A DNA stretch of 64,000 bases from an uncultured delta proteobacterium (GTDB taxonomy: Bacteria > Myxococcota_A > Polyangia > Polyangiales > Polyangiaceae): positions 1,376,001-1,440,000 of the forward strand of contig CAWAIF010000003.1 of NCBI GenBank assembly GCA_963782055.1, given 5' to 3'. Under the pieces are notes generated by a model that saw nothing but the letters and a program-made list of their open reading frames with translations, was not told the DNA's origin and did no database searches. Made by a program: the position numbers and the translations under genes. Position 1 is the first letter of the stretch, and each line of letters begins with the position of its first letter. Positions 38,703 through 52,383 of the stretch are shown in pieces.

Positions 38703-39152
38703 TCAGGCCTTGTCGGAGGCGCGCTTCCCGCCGAACTCCTTCACGAGGCGGTCGTCGTAGGTGTCGGCCACGGCGGAGAGATGGCGGACCATCTGCTCCA
38801 CCTCTTCCGCGTCCAGTCCGCCCGCGGGCCGCTCCGAGACGGCGACGACCTTGTCGTTCATGATGCCGAAGGCCGCGTTGGCGAGCCCGCCGGCGTTCAG
38901 CTCGAGCAGGCGCTTGTAGAGAGGCTCGCGGTTGGCCTCATCCATGAGGAGGACGGGCGAGACGACGCGCAGGAAGATGGCCTTCTGCTCGGTGCGGTGC
39001 ACGACGGAGATGAGCACCGAGGCGCTGCCGCGCATCATGGTGTAGCTGGCCTGCTCGGGCGTATCCTTCACCTTCGCCTTGGCGGGGTCGATGCCGAGCT
39101 TCTGGATCACGCTCTCCACGGTCGCCTTGGTGCCGGAAAACAGCTCTTCCAC
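38703..39152 (-). CDS. YbjN/CesT-like chaperone-fold protein
   Basis: RGSASVLI...LRVVSPV...LYKRLLELNA...ADTYDDRL. Confidence 0.75.
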   Translation of the reverse strand: MEELFSGTKATVESVIQKLGIDPAKAKVKDTPEQASYTMMRGSASVLISVVHRTEQKAIFLRVVSPVLLMDEANREPLYKRLLELNAGGLANAAFGIMNDKVVAVSERPAGGLDAEEVEQMVRHLSAVADTYDDRLVKEFGGKRASDKA

Positions 39153-39359
39153 GTCGTCTCTCCTTCTGGTGCGCCCTTCGGGCCGCCGGCCATGCGGGTC
39201 CGGCCAGCCAGTGCTTCCACGAACGGTTGGGGCGAGCATCCTCGCAGCCCGGGGGCGTGTCAACGGCGCCTGCAGCCCGGCCGGGCGGGCAAACGCCCGT
39301 GTCGGCGCGCGCCCAGCTTGACCCCCCTCCGGCCCGGATGGCACGCTGACGCTCACCAC

Positions 39360-40814
39360 ATGGCCGACTCCCAGCAACGGTACCGGGTCATCGAGAAGCT
39401 CGAGTCCGGGGGCATGGCGGAGGTGTTCCGCGCGGAGAGCGAAGGCCTCCAGGGCTTCAAGAAGCAAGTCGCCATCAAGCGCGTCCTGCCTCACCTCTCG
39501 GAGAAGAAGAAGTTCATCTCCATGTTCCTGGACGAGGCGCGCCTCTCCGCGCAGCTCTCGCACTCCAACTGCGTGCAGGTCTTCGACATCGGCGTGGGCG
39601 ACAGCGCCTACTTCATCGTCATGGAGTTCGTCGACGGGGCGAACCTCAAGAGCGTCGCCGAGACGCTGAAGAAGCAGGGCCACGAGTTCCCCGTCTCCGC
39701 CGCCGTGTGGATCGCCATCGAGATCTGCAAGGGCCTGTCCTACGCGCACGAGCTCCAGGACACGAGCGGCAACGCGATGCACATCGTCCACCGCGACATG
39801 TCCCCGCCGAACGTCCTCATCACCAAGTTCGGCGAGGTGAAGATCGTGGACTTCGGCCTCGCCAAGGCGAACTCGCAGCTGGAGAAGAGCGAGCCGGGCA
39901 TCATCAAGGGCAAGTTCAGCTACCTCTCGCCGGAGGCGGCGATGGGCGGGGACGTCGACCCGCGCACCGACATCTTCGCCGTCGGGATCATCCTCTGGGA
40001 GCTGCTCGCCGGCCAGCGCCTCTTCCTCGGCGACACCGACTTCCAGACGGTGAAGAAGGTGCAGCAGGCGGCGGTGCCGCCCGTCACCCAGATCAACCCG
40101 CAGGTGTCGCCGGAGCTCGAGCGCATCGTCAACCGCGCCCTCGCCCGCGACCCGGACATGCGCTACCGCAGCGCGCGCGACCTGGCGCGCGACCTGAACA
40201 AGTTCCTCTTCGACAACGGCCAGGCCGTCTCCAGCTTCGACGTCGCCCAGCTCGTCATGGGGACGATGAAGGCGCAGCGGCGCAAGAAGCCGCAGCAGGG
40301 CTCCATCATCGACAAGCTGATCGAGGAGGCGCTGCTCGAGTTCACCTCCCTCACCGACGACAAGGGCGGCGGCGGGCCGAAGCCCTCGGCGGAGCAGTCG
40401 CAGGCGACGGCGCCGCTCAACCTGGGCGAGTTCATCGATCCCAAGGGATGGATCGACGAGATCGCCGGGGACCTCGCGCCCGCCCCCACGCGCGACTCCT
40501 TCCGCGGGCAGCTCCCCTCCGGGCTGGAGGGCAACCTCTCCGCGCTGGAGGACGAGCCCATCCGGCCGTCGGCGCCGATGGCCGCGCCGCCCCCGTCCGC
40601 GCCGGCCTCCGCGCCGCGCGCGCCGACGCCCGTGCCCACGCCTCCGCCCAACCTCGCCCTGCAGGGCCCCCCGCCGCCGGTGCTCAACACCGCCACCGCG
40701 GCGCTGCGCGAGGAGAAGAAGGGCGGCAGCGCGGTGACCATCCTGGTCCTGCTCATGTTCCTGGCGGCCGCCGGTGTCGGCCTCGCCTGGTACATGCACT
40801 GGATCCCGCACTGA
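39360..40814 (+). CDS. Ser/Thr protein kinase with C-terminal TM helix
   Basis: GGMAEV, VAIK, HRDMSPPN, DFG, YLSPE. Confidence 0.93.
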   Translation: MADSQQRYRVIEKLESGGMAEVFRAESEGLQGFKKQVAIKRVLPHLSEKKKFISMFLDEARLSAQLSHSNCVQVFDIGVGDSAYFIVMEFVDGANLKSVAETLKKQGHEFPVSAAVWIAIEICKGLSYAHELQDTSGNAMHIVHRDMSPPNVLITKFGEVKIVDFGLAKANSQLEKSEPGIIKGKFSYLSPEAAMGGDVDPRTDIFAVGIILWELLAGQRLFLGDTDFQTVKKVQQAAVPPVTQINPQVSPELERIVNRALARDPDMRYRSARDLARDLNKFLFDNGQAVSSFDVAQLVMGTMKAQRRKKPQQGSIIDKLIEEALLEFTSLTDDKGGGGPKPSAEQSQATAPLNLGEFIDPKGWIDEIAGDLAPAPTRDSFRGQLPSGLEGNLSALEDEPIRPSAPMAAPPPSAPASAPRAPTPVPTPPPNLALQGPPPPVLNTATAALREEKKGGSAVTILVLLMFLAAAGVGLAWYMHWIPH

Positions 40815-41563
40815 GCGCCGAGCGCACCTTCGAGCTACGGCCCATCGGGGTGGCGCGCACCCCCTTCCACGAGAAGGTGGAGGCGCCCCGGCAGGCGGCG
40901 GCGGCGCGCGACGTCGCGGCGACCATCGAGCTCTTTCCGGGTCACCACTACGAGGACGCGCTCGCGGACCTGGAGGGCTTCACGCACGTCTGGATCCTGT
41001 ACTGGTTCGATCGCGTGACGGGCTGGAAGCCGAAGGTGCTGCCGCCGCGCAGCGAGTCCCGGCGCGGCCTCTTCGCCACGCGCTCCCCGCACCGCCCCAA
41101 CCCGATCGGCCTGTCGGTCGCGCGTCTGGTGGGCGTGGAGGGGCTGAAGGTGCACGTCACCGGCGTGGACATGCTGGACGGCACGCCGGTCCTCGATCTC
41201 AAGCCGTACATTCGCTACGCCGACGCGATCACCGACGCCGGCGACGGGTGGCTCGCCGCCGACCCGCGCGCGGTGTGGACGGTGCGCTTCGAGCCGCGCG
41301 CGCGCGAGCAGCTCGACTTCCTGAAGGGGCACGGGGTCGAGCTGGAGGCGGCGCTGGTGCGCGCGCTGGAGCTCGGGCCGCAGCCGCACGCGTACCGCAG
41401 GATCCGGCAGGTGGACGGGGGCTTCGTGATCGGGGTGAAGGAGTGGCGGGCGCGCTTTCGCGTGGTGGAAAAGGAGATCGTGGTGGCCTCGGTGTTCAGC
41501 GGCCATCGCGGGCGGGAGCCCGCGGGCGCGCACGCGGCGTTCGTCCAGCGGTTCGGCCGGTAG
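40811..41563 (+). CDS. tsaA: tRNA m6t6A37 methyltransferase TrmO
   Basis: RPIGVARTPF, GLFATRSPHRPNPIGLS, DMLDGTPVLDLKPY; start codon uncertain. Confidence 0.88.
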   Translation: MSAERTFELRPIGVARTPFHEKVEAPRQAAAARDVAATIELFPGHHYEDALADLEGFTHVWILYWFDRVTGWKPKVLPPRSESRRGLFATRSPHRPNPIGLSVARLVGVEGLKVHVTGVDMLDGTPVLDLKPYIRYADAITDAGDGWLAADPRAVWTVRFEPRAREQLDFLKGHGVELEAALVRALELGPQPHAYRRIRQVDGGFVIGVKEWRARFRVVEKEIVVASVFSGHRGREPAGAHAAFVQRFGR

Positions 41564-41585
41564 CGGCCACCGACGGCCGCGGTCC

Positions 41586-42167
41586 TCACGTCGCGGCGGG
41601 GGCGCCGGGGGTCCGCCGTCTCCTCAGCCAGCCGATCAGCATCGCCACGGTGACGAACCCGTAGATGCCCACGAGCAGCCACACCAGGACGTACCCCATC
41701 GCGCTGGCGCCCTGGTGGACCTCGAGCGGAGGGGCGGCCCGGTCGTTCGCGAAGGCCCGGATGGTCGCCGCGATGGCGGCCTGTGGCGCGCGGTCGGTCT
41801 TCGCCCCGCCGAGCTGGCGTGAGCCGCTCCGGGTGACGACGTCGACGCCGTAGACCTTCTGGTCGGAGTAGTAGAGCAAGGTCTTGTGCGACCACACGAC
41901 CTTCGCTCCCAGCAGCTCGCTGGCCGGAAACTGCTCGCGATGATGGATCAGCCAGCCGTTGTCGATCTCGCAGCGATTCTCCGCCCTGCTGCAGGCGAGC
42001 GTGCCCCCCTGCGCGTCCAGCGTCCACTGGACCGCGAAGACGCCCGCGGCGAGCAGCGCCAGCACCATCATCACGAGCTGTCTGGGCCCGAGGCGAGACG
42101 CAGGTGGAGTCGCGGGACGGGCGCCGGAGGGATCGCCGTCGCCCGGGCCGGGCAGCGGGGAGGTCAC
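41586..42167 (-). CDS. Hypothetical membrane protein
   Basis: Two TM segments flanking a soluble domain; GTGA overlap with the kinase gene. Confidence 0.65.
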   Translation of the reverse strand: MTSPLPGPGDGDPSGARPATPPASRLGPRQLVMMVLALLAAGVFAVQWTLDAQGGTLACSRAENRCEIDNGWLIHHREQFPASELLGAKVVWSHKTLLYYSDQKVYGVDVVTRSGSRQLGGAKTDRAPQAAIAATIRAFANDRAAPPLEVHQGASAMGYVLVWLLVGIYGFVTVAMLIGWLRRRRTPGAPAAT

Positions 42168-44014
42168 GGCGCCGACGCGGCAGGACTCGGGCTCCGGGCG
42201 TCCACCGCGGCGATCGCGCTCTCCACCACGTCGCCCTTGCGCAGGCACGACCAGCAATCGCGCGTGCCGAACAGCCCGCACCCGCGCCGTTGCTCCAGGT
42301 GCTTGAGCGTCGGCAGGGCGCGGCTGTCGCCCGCGGCGGTGACCTTCTCCACCGCCGCCTTCTTCGCCTTGCAGCCCTTGGCGTCGCGCAGGTCGAGCAG
42401 CGCGTCCAGCGCGGGCGACGCGTGCTTGCGGACCCCCGGCTGGTCGAGCGCCTTGGCGAAGCGCGACCGCTTGCCGCCCTTCTCGGCGAGGTCGTAGAGC
42501 ACGTCGGCGCCGCCCGCGCCCATCGGGCCCTCCAGCAGGTCCATCGCCCGGTCGGCGGTGGCGCCCTGGCCCTTCGCCGCGGCGGCGACCACCTTCTGCA
42601 TCGCCGGATCGGCGGCCGCGCTGGGGTCGGCGTCGAGCAAGGTGGCGAAGGAGCCGAGCGCGTCGTCGTCGCGGCCGCCCTTCGCGTACGCGCCCACGAG
42701 CGCGCGCAGCACCGCCGGATCGCGCGGGTGCTTCTGCGCCATCTTCTCCAGCGCGGGGATGCCCTTCGCCTGCGCCGCGGCGAGATCGTCCTCGTCCACC
42801 TCCGACTCGACCGTCGCCGAGGGCGCGCCGGGCACCGAGACGACGACGCGATGGCGACCGAGCGCCGAGGCCGCCACCACCACGACGAGCACCAGCAGGA
42901 GCGCCGCGCCGCCCGCGGCGCCGATCACGATCGCGCGCCGCTCGCGGGCGAAGGCGAGGGCGCGCGCGACGCGCGGGTCGGCGAGCAGCCCGGCCTTGGC
43001 GGGCATCACCATCGGCATGCGCGTCTTCGCCACGGCGTCGGCGGAGCTCCACGCGGGGGAGCGCGTGGAGATGGGCGGCGCGAGCGGGGAGCGTGTGGGG
43101 AGCGCCACGCCCGATGGCGGCGCGGGCGACGTCTCACCGAGCACCGCGGCGAGGGCGGCCTCCAGCTCGTGCGCGGAGGCGAAGCGATCCTCCGGCTTCT
43201 TCTCCAGCAGCTTGCGGACGATGGCCTCCACCGCGGACGAGACCGCCACGCCGGGGGCCGCCTCCGCGAAGGTCGGCACGGGCGCGGCCATGTGCATCCC
43301 CAGCAGGCCGACCAGATCGTCCGACTCGAAGGGGCGCCGGCCGGCGAGCATCTCGAAGAGCATGACGCCGAGCGCGTAGAGGTCCGCGCGCGCGTCGACG
43401 GTGTCGCCGGCGGCCTGCTCCGGCGCCATGTACTCCGGCGTGCCGAAGATCTGCCCCGCCTGGGTGAGGACCTGGCCGCCGCCGGCGTCGGCGCCCGCGA
43501 GATCGTCGACGTTGACCTTGGCGATGCCGAAGTCCAGCACCTTGACGAAGTCCCCGCCGCCCTCCTGCGCGATGAGCACGACGTTCTCCGGCTTCAGGTC
43601 GCGGTGGACGATCCCCAGCTCGTGGGCGCGGCCGAGCGCGCTGGCGATCTGCCTCGCGATGGAGACCGCGCGGGCCTCCGGCAGCGGCCCGGCCTCCCCC
43701 GCGTCGCGCAGGCTCATGCCCTCGACGAACTCGAGCACCAGGAAGAAGGAGCCGTCGGCGAGGCGGCCGAAGTCGGTGGCCTCCGCGACGTGCGGGTGAC
43801 CGATGTGCGCGGCCGCCATCGCCTCGCGCTCGAAGCGCGCCACCACCTCCGGGTTCTGGCACATCTCCTTGCGGAGCACCTTCAGGGCGAAGCGCTTGCG
43901 GAGGTGGGCGTGCTCCACGAGCCACACCGCGCCCATCCCGCCCATGCCCAGGAGGCGAAGGGTACGGTAGCGCTCGGCGACGATCTGCTCGGGCTCGAGG
44001 TCGGAATCGCTCAC
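42164..44014 (-). CDS. Membrane Ser/Thr protein kinase
   Basis: GMGGMG, ALK, HRDLKPEN, DFG, GTPEYMAPE; TM helix and helical periplasmic domain. Confidence 0.93.
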   Translation of the reverse strand: MSDSDLEPEQIVAERYRTLRLLGMGGMGAVWLVEHAHLRKRFALKVLRKEMCQNPEVVARFEREAMAAAHIGHPHVAEATDFGRLADGSFFLVLEFVEGMSLRDAGEAGPLPEARAVSIARQIASALGRAHELGIVHRDLKPENVVLIAQEGGGDFVKVLDFGIAKVNVDDLAGADAGGGQVLTQAGQIFGTPEYMAPEQAAGDTVDARADLYALGVMLFEMLAGRRPFESDDLVGLLGMHMAAPVPTFAEAAPGVAVSSAVEAIVRKLLEKKPEDRFASAHELEAALAAVLGETSPAPPSGVALPTRSPLAPPISTRSPAWSSADAVAKTRMPMVMPAKAGLLADPRVARALAFARERRAIVIGAAGGAALLLVLVVVVAASALGRHRVVVSVPGAPSATVESEVDEDDLAAAQAKGIPALEKMAQKHPRDPAVLRALVGAYAKGGRDDDALGSFATLLDADPSAAADPAMQKVVAAAAKGQGATADRAMDLLEGPMGAGGADVLYDLAEKGGKRSRFAKALDQPGVRKHASPALDALLDLRDAKGCKAKKAAVEKVTAAGDSRALPTLKHLEQRRGCGLFGTRDCWSCLRKGDVVESAIAAVDARSPSPAASAP

Positions 44015-44083
44015 GAGGGGCAGAAGGTAGGCGTGCGGGAGGGCGGCCGCAACGCGGACCGCATGCTTTACGAGGCCGTGCTT

Positions 44084-46765
<2,682 letters not shown>

Positions 46766-46922
46766 GGCTGCGAGCGCATGTAACGCCGAAGCGGAAAAAT
46801 GGCCAGCGGGAGGCCACACCGATCGTATCGGTCGGGTGACACTGGATCGCAACTTGTCCACGGGGGAGCGTGCGAAAACGCTGGACGCACGGTGGATTCG
46901 CTGCAAACTCAGGCTTCGTAAC

Positions 46923-47501
46923 ATGGCCGCGCACCCCTCCTACGATTCGCTCCCGCGCTACGGCATGACGGAGGACAACCCCGACGCGTCGCTCCCCCGC
47001 TTCGCGATCGAAGAGAGCGCGCGCTACTTGGATTTCGACGATCTGGATGCGATGCAGACGCGCGTTCGCGAGGCATCCGTGGACTACTCCGCCGCGCCCC
47101 CGACGAAGGTGCACGCCAAGCGCGCGCTGCGCGCGGGCACGCGCCCGAAGCCGCAGGCCCGGCTCGACGACGTGATCGAAGACCTGCGCGAGGCCGCCGG
47201 CGGTCCCGTCGCGCGCGAGCTGTCCTCGCGCGACATCGCCGACGCGACCTGCGAGCTCACCGCCGACGATCTGGACGAGGTCGTCGTCCTCGCCGATGGC
47301 GAGGCCGAGCTGATCGACGCGCCGCCGGAGCGTCCGGTGTGGAACGTACGGGAGGCGTCGCCGCTCCGCCTGCCGCCGCGCCCGGCGATCGCCGCGGCGC
47401 CGCCCAGCCGCGCCGTGACCGCCCTGGCCGTGGGGGCCGGGATCCTGCTCGCGGTGTCGGCGGCCGCCGCCACGCTCTTCTTCAGTGGCGTGACGCTGTA
47501 G
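46923..47501 (+). CDS. Hypothetical protein with C-terminal TM helix
   Basis: Acidic low-complexity body; hydrophobic C-terminus. Confidence 0.6.
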   Translation: MAAHPSYDSLPRYGMTEDNPDASLPRFAIEESARYLDFDDLDAMQTRVREASVDYSAAPPTKVHAKRALRAGTRPKPQARLDDVIEDLREAAGGPVARELSSRDIADATCELTADDLDEVVVLADGEAELIDAPPERPVWNVREASPLRLPPRPAIAAAPPSRAVTALAVGAGILLAVSAAAATLFFSGVTL

Positions 47502-47638
47502 ACTTCCGCCCGGTCTGCGCGGCGGGTCGTCTTCTGGCGCCTCCGGTCCGTCTCAAGCGGGCTTTTTGGTTGGCCGAGCCCTGCCGTTGGGTCAGACTTC
47601 GCTCCGCCTCCGCCAGCGTCTGCCCGAAGGAGGGAGCC

Positions 47639-48481
47639 GTGACCCAGCCTCCGCGTCCTCGCCAGCATTCCGTCCGCAAGTGGGTGCCCGTCCAGCGTCC
47701 GAGGGACGACTTCGACACCGCGCGCACCAACGAGCTGCCGCCGCTCTCGCACCGCGTCGCCGTGCGCACGCTCTCGCAGCCCGACACGACGGGCGAGATC
47801 GATGCGGCCGACATCCTGGTCGCCGTGCCCGTCGCCCGTCCGCCTGCACGGCGGGTGTCGGCGCCGCCGCCACCCGCCGACGAGATCGTGGTGGAGGTGG
47901 GCCCGGTGGAGGTGCGCCCCCCGACCTTCTCCATCAACGCCACCCAGGAGATCCTGGCCGAGGACGTGGTGGAGGAGCTGGCCTTGCAGCAGGCGCCCAA
48001 CCCCTTCCTGGAGCAGGCGCCCTTCCGGCCCGCGCCGTACGTCGCCGCCCCGCCCTCGGACATGCCGTCGGCGCCGCCGCCGCCATGGACGGTGGATACG
48101 CTGGAGGAGGACCTCTTCGCCCCCCACCTGTCCATCCGCGACCCGCAGCTCACCGCCCTGAGCACGATGGAGCTCATCCGTCGCCGCTCCCGCGGGACGC
48201 TGGTCGTCGGCGCCGTCGTCGGCGCGGCCGTCGGGGTGGTGCTGCTCGCGCTGGGGATCAAGCTCCTGTCCGGCGGCTCCGACACCGTCTCCGCCGCGAG
48301 CGAGCCGGCCACCACGCTGGTGCGCGACGCCAAGACCCGCGAGCACCTCATCTACCCGCCCGCCGTCAACGTCGGCCACGCCGTCACGCCGACGCGCCAC
48401 GCCGCGGCCCGGCCGGCCCTGACGATCGACACCTCCAACGTGCCGACCGTCTCCATCGACTCCCTGCCGCGCGCCCGCTGA
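47639..48481 (+). CDS. Hypothetical Pro-rich membrane protein
   Basis: One TM segment; ends VPTVSIDSLPRAR. Confidence 0.65.
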   Translation: MTQPPRPRQHSVRKWVPVQRPRDDFDTARTNELPPLSHRVAVRTLSQPDTTGEIDAADILVAVPVARPPARRVSAPPPPADEIVVEVGPVEVRPPTFSINATQEILAEDVVEELALQQAPNPFLEQAPFRPAPYVAAPPSDMPSAPPPPWTVDTLEEDLFAPHLSIRDPQLTALSTMELIRRRSRGTLVVGAVVGAAVGVVLLALGIKLLSGGSDTVSAASEPATTLVRDAKTREHLIYPPAVNVGHAVTPTRHAAARPALTIDTSNVPTVSIDSLPRAR

Positions 48482-48546
48482 GCCGGCCACGGCCCGCCGA
48501 CCGCCGACCCTTCCCCTCCGCCCCCGGCGAGATTAGGTTGCCCGGG

Positions 48547-49878
48547 ATGCGTCCGCCGCCGGCCTTCGGGCTCCTCCTCGCCCTCGTCCTCGCCGGGTGC
48601 TCCAACCCGAAGCCCTCGTCGGCCAGGACCGACGAGCCGGGCCCGGCACCCTCCGCCAGCGCCCCCACGCCCGCGCCGGCGTCCGACGCGCAGGCGCCCG
48701 CGGCCGACGCCGGCACCGCGGCGCTCCCCGCGCCGCCGCTCGAGGGGCAGGACTTCGTCGCCGAGGCGAAGGACCTCTTCCGCGTCGCGGCGTGCGGGGG
48801 CGAGGGGCCCGTGCCGCCCGGCTTCGACGCCGCCGTGGTCAACGCCCACTGCGCCGCCATGGCGAAGATGTATGCAGAATACAAGTCTTCGTGGATGGAC
48901 GTGGCGATGCCCTTCCTCGCCAAGCTGGTGCCGGCGTCCACGCCCACCACCGTCGTCTACCCCTTCGGCGGCGGGGACCTGCTCGGCGCGCTCGCCACCT
49001 ACCCGAAGGGCACCGACTTCACCACCGTCTCGCTGGAGGCGGCGGCCTCCGTCCGCAAGGTGGACCGCGTCCCGCCGGCGTCGCTCAAGAAGGAGCTCGC
49101 GCGCTACCGCATGGTGCTGGAGAAGTACTTCGAGAAGGCTCACAGCCGCACCGACAACCTGGGCATCGGCACGCGCAGCGTGCTGCCGGGCGAGCTCGTC
49201 TTCGACCTGGTCGCGCTGGAGCTGCACGGCTACGAGCCGACGAGCCTGCGCTACTTCCACTTCGCCCCCGACGGCACCGTCAAGTACGTGCACAAGAGCG
49301 AGGTCGACGCGGCCGACGCCGCGGTGAAGGCGAAGAAGAAGACGCGCAAGCAGGCGGACGCGGCGCTCTTCCGCAACGTGGAGCTGCAGTTCCGCAAGCG
49401 CGGCGACGCCGCGGCCCCGGTGAAGATCCTCCGGCACGTCGCCTTCAACCTGGACGACGAGCACATGAAGAAGGACGGCCGTCTCTTGAAGTTCCTGGAG
49501 GCGAAGGGCAAGGTCGCGGCGATGACGAAGGCCGCCAGCCACCTGCTCTGGTCGGACGACTTCTCCATCATCCGGAACTACCTGGCGACACACACCGACT
49601 GGATGATCAGCGACTCCACCGGCTTCACCCCCGCCTACGCGAAGAAGATGGGCTTCGTGCAGGACACCTACGGCACGTACACGTGGCCGGAGCCCTTCGG
49701 CACGGTGGACGTCAAGGACGCCGAGGCGCTGCACAAGCTCTTCGAGTCCAACCCCCACGTCGACCTGTCCTTCCGCTACGGCTACCCGGACAAGGACCAC
49801 CACGGGCACATCGTGGTCACGCGCAAGCCCGGCGTGGGCAAGGCGCTCGCGGCGGCGGACGCGCCGCACGCCAGGTAG
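48547..49878 (+). CDS. Hypothetical lipoprotein with enzyme-like motifs
   Basis: LAGC lipobox; [23 protein letters not shown]. Confidence 0.75.
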   Translation: MRPPPAFGLLLALVLAGCSNPKPSSARTDEPGPAPSASAPTPAPASDAQAPAADAGTAALPAPPLEGQDFVAEAKDLFRVAACGGEGPVPPGFDAAVVNAHCAAMAKMYAEYKSSWMDVAMPFLAKLVPASTPTTVVYPFGGGDLLGALATYPKGTDFTTVSLEAAASVRKVDRVPPASLKKELARYRMVLEKYFEKAHSRTDNLGIGTRSVLPGELVFDLVALELHGYEPTSLRYFHFAPDGTVKYVHKSEVDAADAAVKAKKKTRKQADAALFRNVELQFRKRGDAAAPVKILRHVAFNLDDEHMKKDGRLLKFLEAKGKVAAMTKAASHLLWSDDFSIIRNYLATHTDWMISDSTGFTPAYAKKMGFVQDTYGTYTWPEPFGTVDVKDAEALHKLFESNPHVDLSFRYGYPDKDHHGHIVVTRKPGVGKALAAADAPHAR

Positions 49879-49883
49879 CGCGG

Positions 49884-50726
49884 ATGCGTCAGTACCTGGA
49901 CCTGCTCTCCACCATCCTCGAGCGCGGGCGCGACCGCCCGGACCGCACCGGCACCGGGACGCGTGGCATCTTCGGTCACCAGATGCGCTTCGACCTGCGC
50001 GAGGGCTTCCCCCTCCTCACGACGAAGAAGGTCCACACCAAGAGCATCATCCACGAGCTGCTCTGGTTCTTGCGCGGGGACACGCACGTCGCCTCCTTGC
50101 AGGCGGCGGGCGTCTCCATCTGGAACGAGTGGGCGACCGCCGAGCAGGCGGCGCGCTTCGGCCGCGCGGCGGGGGATCTCGGTCCGGTCTACGGGCACCA
50201 GTGGCGCAACTTCGGGGCGACGCTCCGGCCCGACGGCACCTACGCGCGGGACGGCGTGGACCAGATCGCCAGGCTGCTCGTCGACCTGCGCGAGCGGCCG
50301 CACTCCCGCCGCCACGTCGTCACCGGCTGGAACCCGAAGGAGAGCGATCAGGTCGCGCTGCCGCCCTGTCACACCCTCTTCCAGTTCCACGTCCAGGACG
50401 GCGAGCTCTCCTGCCAGCTCTACCAGCGCAGCGCCGACGTCTTCCTGGGCGTGCCCTTCAACATCGCGAGCTACGCCCTGCTCACCATGATGATCGCGCA
50501 GGTGACGGGGCTGCGCGCGGCGGAGTTCGTCCACACCTTCGGCGACGCGCACCTGTACAAGAATCACTTCGAGCAGGCGCGCCTGCAGCTCTCCCGCGAG
50601 CCGCGCCCGCTGCCGCGCATGCGCCTCGACCCGGAGGTGAACGACCTCTTCGCCTTTCGCTTCGAGCACTTCACGCTCGAGGGCTACGACCCGCACCCGC
50701 ACATCCCCGCGCCGGTGGCCGTATGA
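49884..50726 (+). CDS. thyA: Thymidylate synthase
   Basis: [38 protein letters not shown]. Confidence 0.97.
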   Translation: MRQYLDLLSTILERGRDRPDRTGTGTRGIFGHQMRFDLREGFPLLTTKKVHTKSIIHELLWFLRGDTHVASLQAAGVSIWNEWATAEQAARFGRAAGDLGPVYGHQWRNFGATLRPDGTYARDGVDQIARLLVDLRERPHSRRHVVTGWNPKESDQVALPPCHTLFQFHVQDGELSCQLYQRSADVFLGVPFNIASYALLTMMIAQVTGLRAAEFVHTFGDAHLYKNHFEQARLQLSREPRPLPRMRLDPEVNDLFAFRFEHFTLEGYDPHPHIPAPVAV

Positions 50727-51217
50727 GCCGCGGGGTCGCGCTGGTCTTCGCGATGAGCGACGCGCGCGTCATCGGAAAGGACGGCGGGCTGCCGTGGCAC
50801 ATCCCGGAGGACATGAAGCACTTCCGCCGGGTGACGCTCGACCACGCCGTCGTCATGGGACGCTTGACCTATCAATCGATGGGCGAGCCGCTGCCGCGCC
50901 GCCGCAACATCGTCGTCACGCGCGACCCGGCCGTCCGCTTCGAGGGGTGCGAGGTCGTCACCACGCTGGACGCCGCGCTGGAGCTCGCCTGGCAGACCGA
51001 CGACGAGCCGCGCGTCATCGGCGGCTCGCAGATCTACGCCCTGGCGTTGCCCCGTGCGACGCGCATGTACATGACCGAGATCCACCGCGACGTGGAGGGG
51101 GACGTGCGCTTCCCCGAGTTCGACCGGAGCGAGTGGCGGGAGGTGGAGCGCCGGCGCGCGGAGACCGAGCCGGACGTGGAGTTCGTGACGCTGGAGCGGG
51201 TGCGGCCCGCCCCGTGA
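50723..51217 (+). CDS. folA: Dihydrofolate reductase
   Basis: [41 protein letters not shown]. Confidence 0.95.
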   Translation: MSRGVALVFAMSDARVIGKDGGLPWHIPEDMKHFRRVTLDHAVVMGRLTYQSMGEPLPRRRNIVVTRDPAVRFEGCEVVTTLDAALELAWQTDDEPRVIGGSQIYALALPRATRMYMTEIHRDVEGDVRFPEFDRSEWREVERRRAETEPDVEFVTLERVRPAP

Positions 51218-51230
51218 CGCCAGGCGGGGC

Positions 51231-51617
51231 CTAGTCCAGGTAGACGGCGCCCTCGGTCGCGTCGACGGTGACCGCCGCGCCCTCGGCGATCACCAGCTCG
51301 TCCTCCTCGTCGCCCTCGTGGAGCACCATGCAGGCGTCGGCGTAGCGGACGATGAGCGCGCCGCAGCCCACCAGGCACGGCTTGCCCAGCGTCCGCGCCA
51401 CGATCGCGCCGTCCCCGGTGATGCCGCCGCGGGTGGTGACGATGGCGGCCGCCACGCGCAGGCCGGGCATGTCCTCCGCGCTCGTCTCCATCCGGACGAG
51501 CACCGGCGGCGTTCCCTTCGCGGCGAGCGCGACCGCGGCCTCCGCCGAGAAGGCGACCGGGCCGGAGGCGCGGCCCGGGCTGGCGCTCTGCCCGCGGGCG
51601 AGGAGGCGGCTGCTCAT
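51231..51617 (-). CDS. Stand-alone PEP-utilising enzyme mobile (phospho-His swivel) domain, His replaced
   Basis: ASPGRASG...VLVRMETSAEDMPG...TTRGGITGDGAIVARTLGKPCLVG...VTVDATEGAVY. Confidence 0.8.
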   Translation of the reverse strand: MSSRLLARGQSASPGRASGPVAFSAEAAVALAAKGTPPVLVRMETSAEDMPGLRVAAAIVTTRGGITGDGAIVARTLGKPCLVGCGALIVRYADACMVLHEGDEEDELVIAEGAAVTVDATEGAVYLD

Positions 51618-51817
51618 GGCCGGTGGATGTACCAACGAGCGGCCCTGCGCACAACCCGCGGGGGTCGGGGTCGAGGCGTCCGGCCGCGCGGCGCCGCGGC
51701 CGGGCGTTGACGGGGTGGGGGTGGGCGAGCGTCACCCGCGGTTCACACGCCTCCGCCATCCGCCAAGAACTCCGGGCCTTTCTCGCTGGCACCCTCGTTG
51801 CTCTTTCCCTTCATGCG

Positions 51818-52321
51818 ATGCGTCTCCCGGCTCCCCTCCTCGTCCTGGCCGCCGGCGCCGCCCTCGGGTCGGCGGCGTGCGTCGCCAACTCGGCCCCGCG
51901 GGCGAACGGCTACAACGTGGAGCTCTGGTTCGCGGGGCCCCACGTGGGGCAGGCGCTGACGGTCGGCGAGGCCGCGCCCATCGAGGTGAAGCGCGTGGAG
52001 TCCGACTGGAGCGCGTGCGCCAACCAGTCGGCGCGGTGCGATCCGACGACGACGATGCCCATCACCCTCGTCTCCGCGGCCTGCGACGACGACGCGTGCT
52101 CCGTCGAGTCGGTGCCGAGCGACGACGGCGTCGTCCACCTCCGCACCACCGGCACGCGCGCCGGCGCCGCCACCCTCCGGGTGCACGTCATGACCCGGGA
52201 CGGCACCACCCTCGAGGACTCCTATCCCCTCGTCTTCGAGGTCAAGCCCGTCCAGGATACGCAGCGCGCGGTCGTCGATCTCGCCCTGCGCGCAGACCAG
52301 GCGTACGCTCCGGCGCGCTGA
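51818..52321 (+). CDS. Hypothetical lipoprotein
   Basis: SAAC lipobox; SAACDDDACSV. Confidence 0.65.
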   Translation: MRLPAPLLVLAAGAALGSAACVANSAPRANGYNVELWFAGPHVGQALTVGEAAPIEVKRVESDWSACANQSARCDPTTTMPITLVSAACDDDACSVESVPSDDGVVHLRTTGTRAGAATLRVHVMTRDGTTLEDSYPLVFEVKPVQDTQRAVVDLALRADQAYAPAR

Positions 52322-52383
52322 CCGCCCCCGGGCGCGCCATCCGGGCGCGACGGCGGTGCAGGTCGTGCATCGGGAGCGACTCC

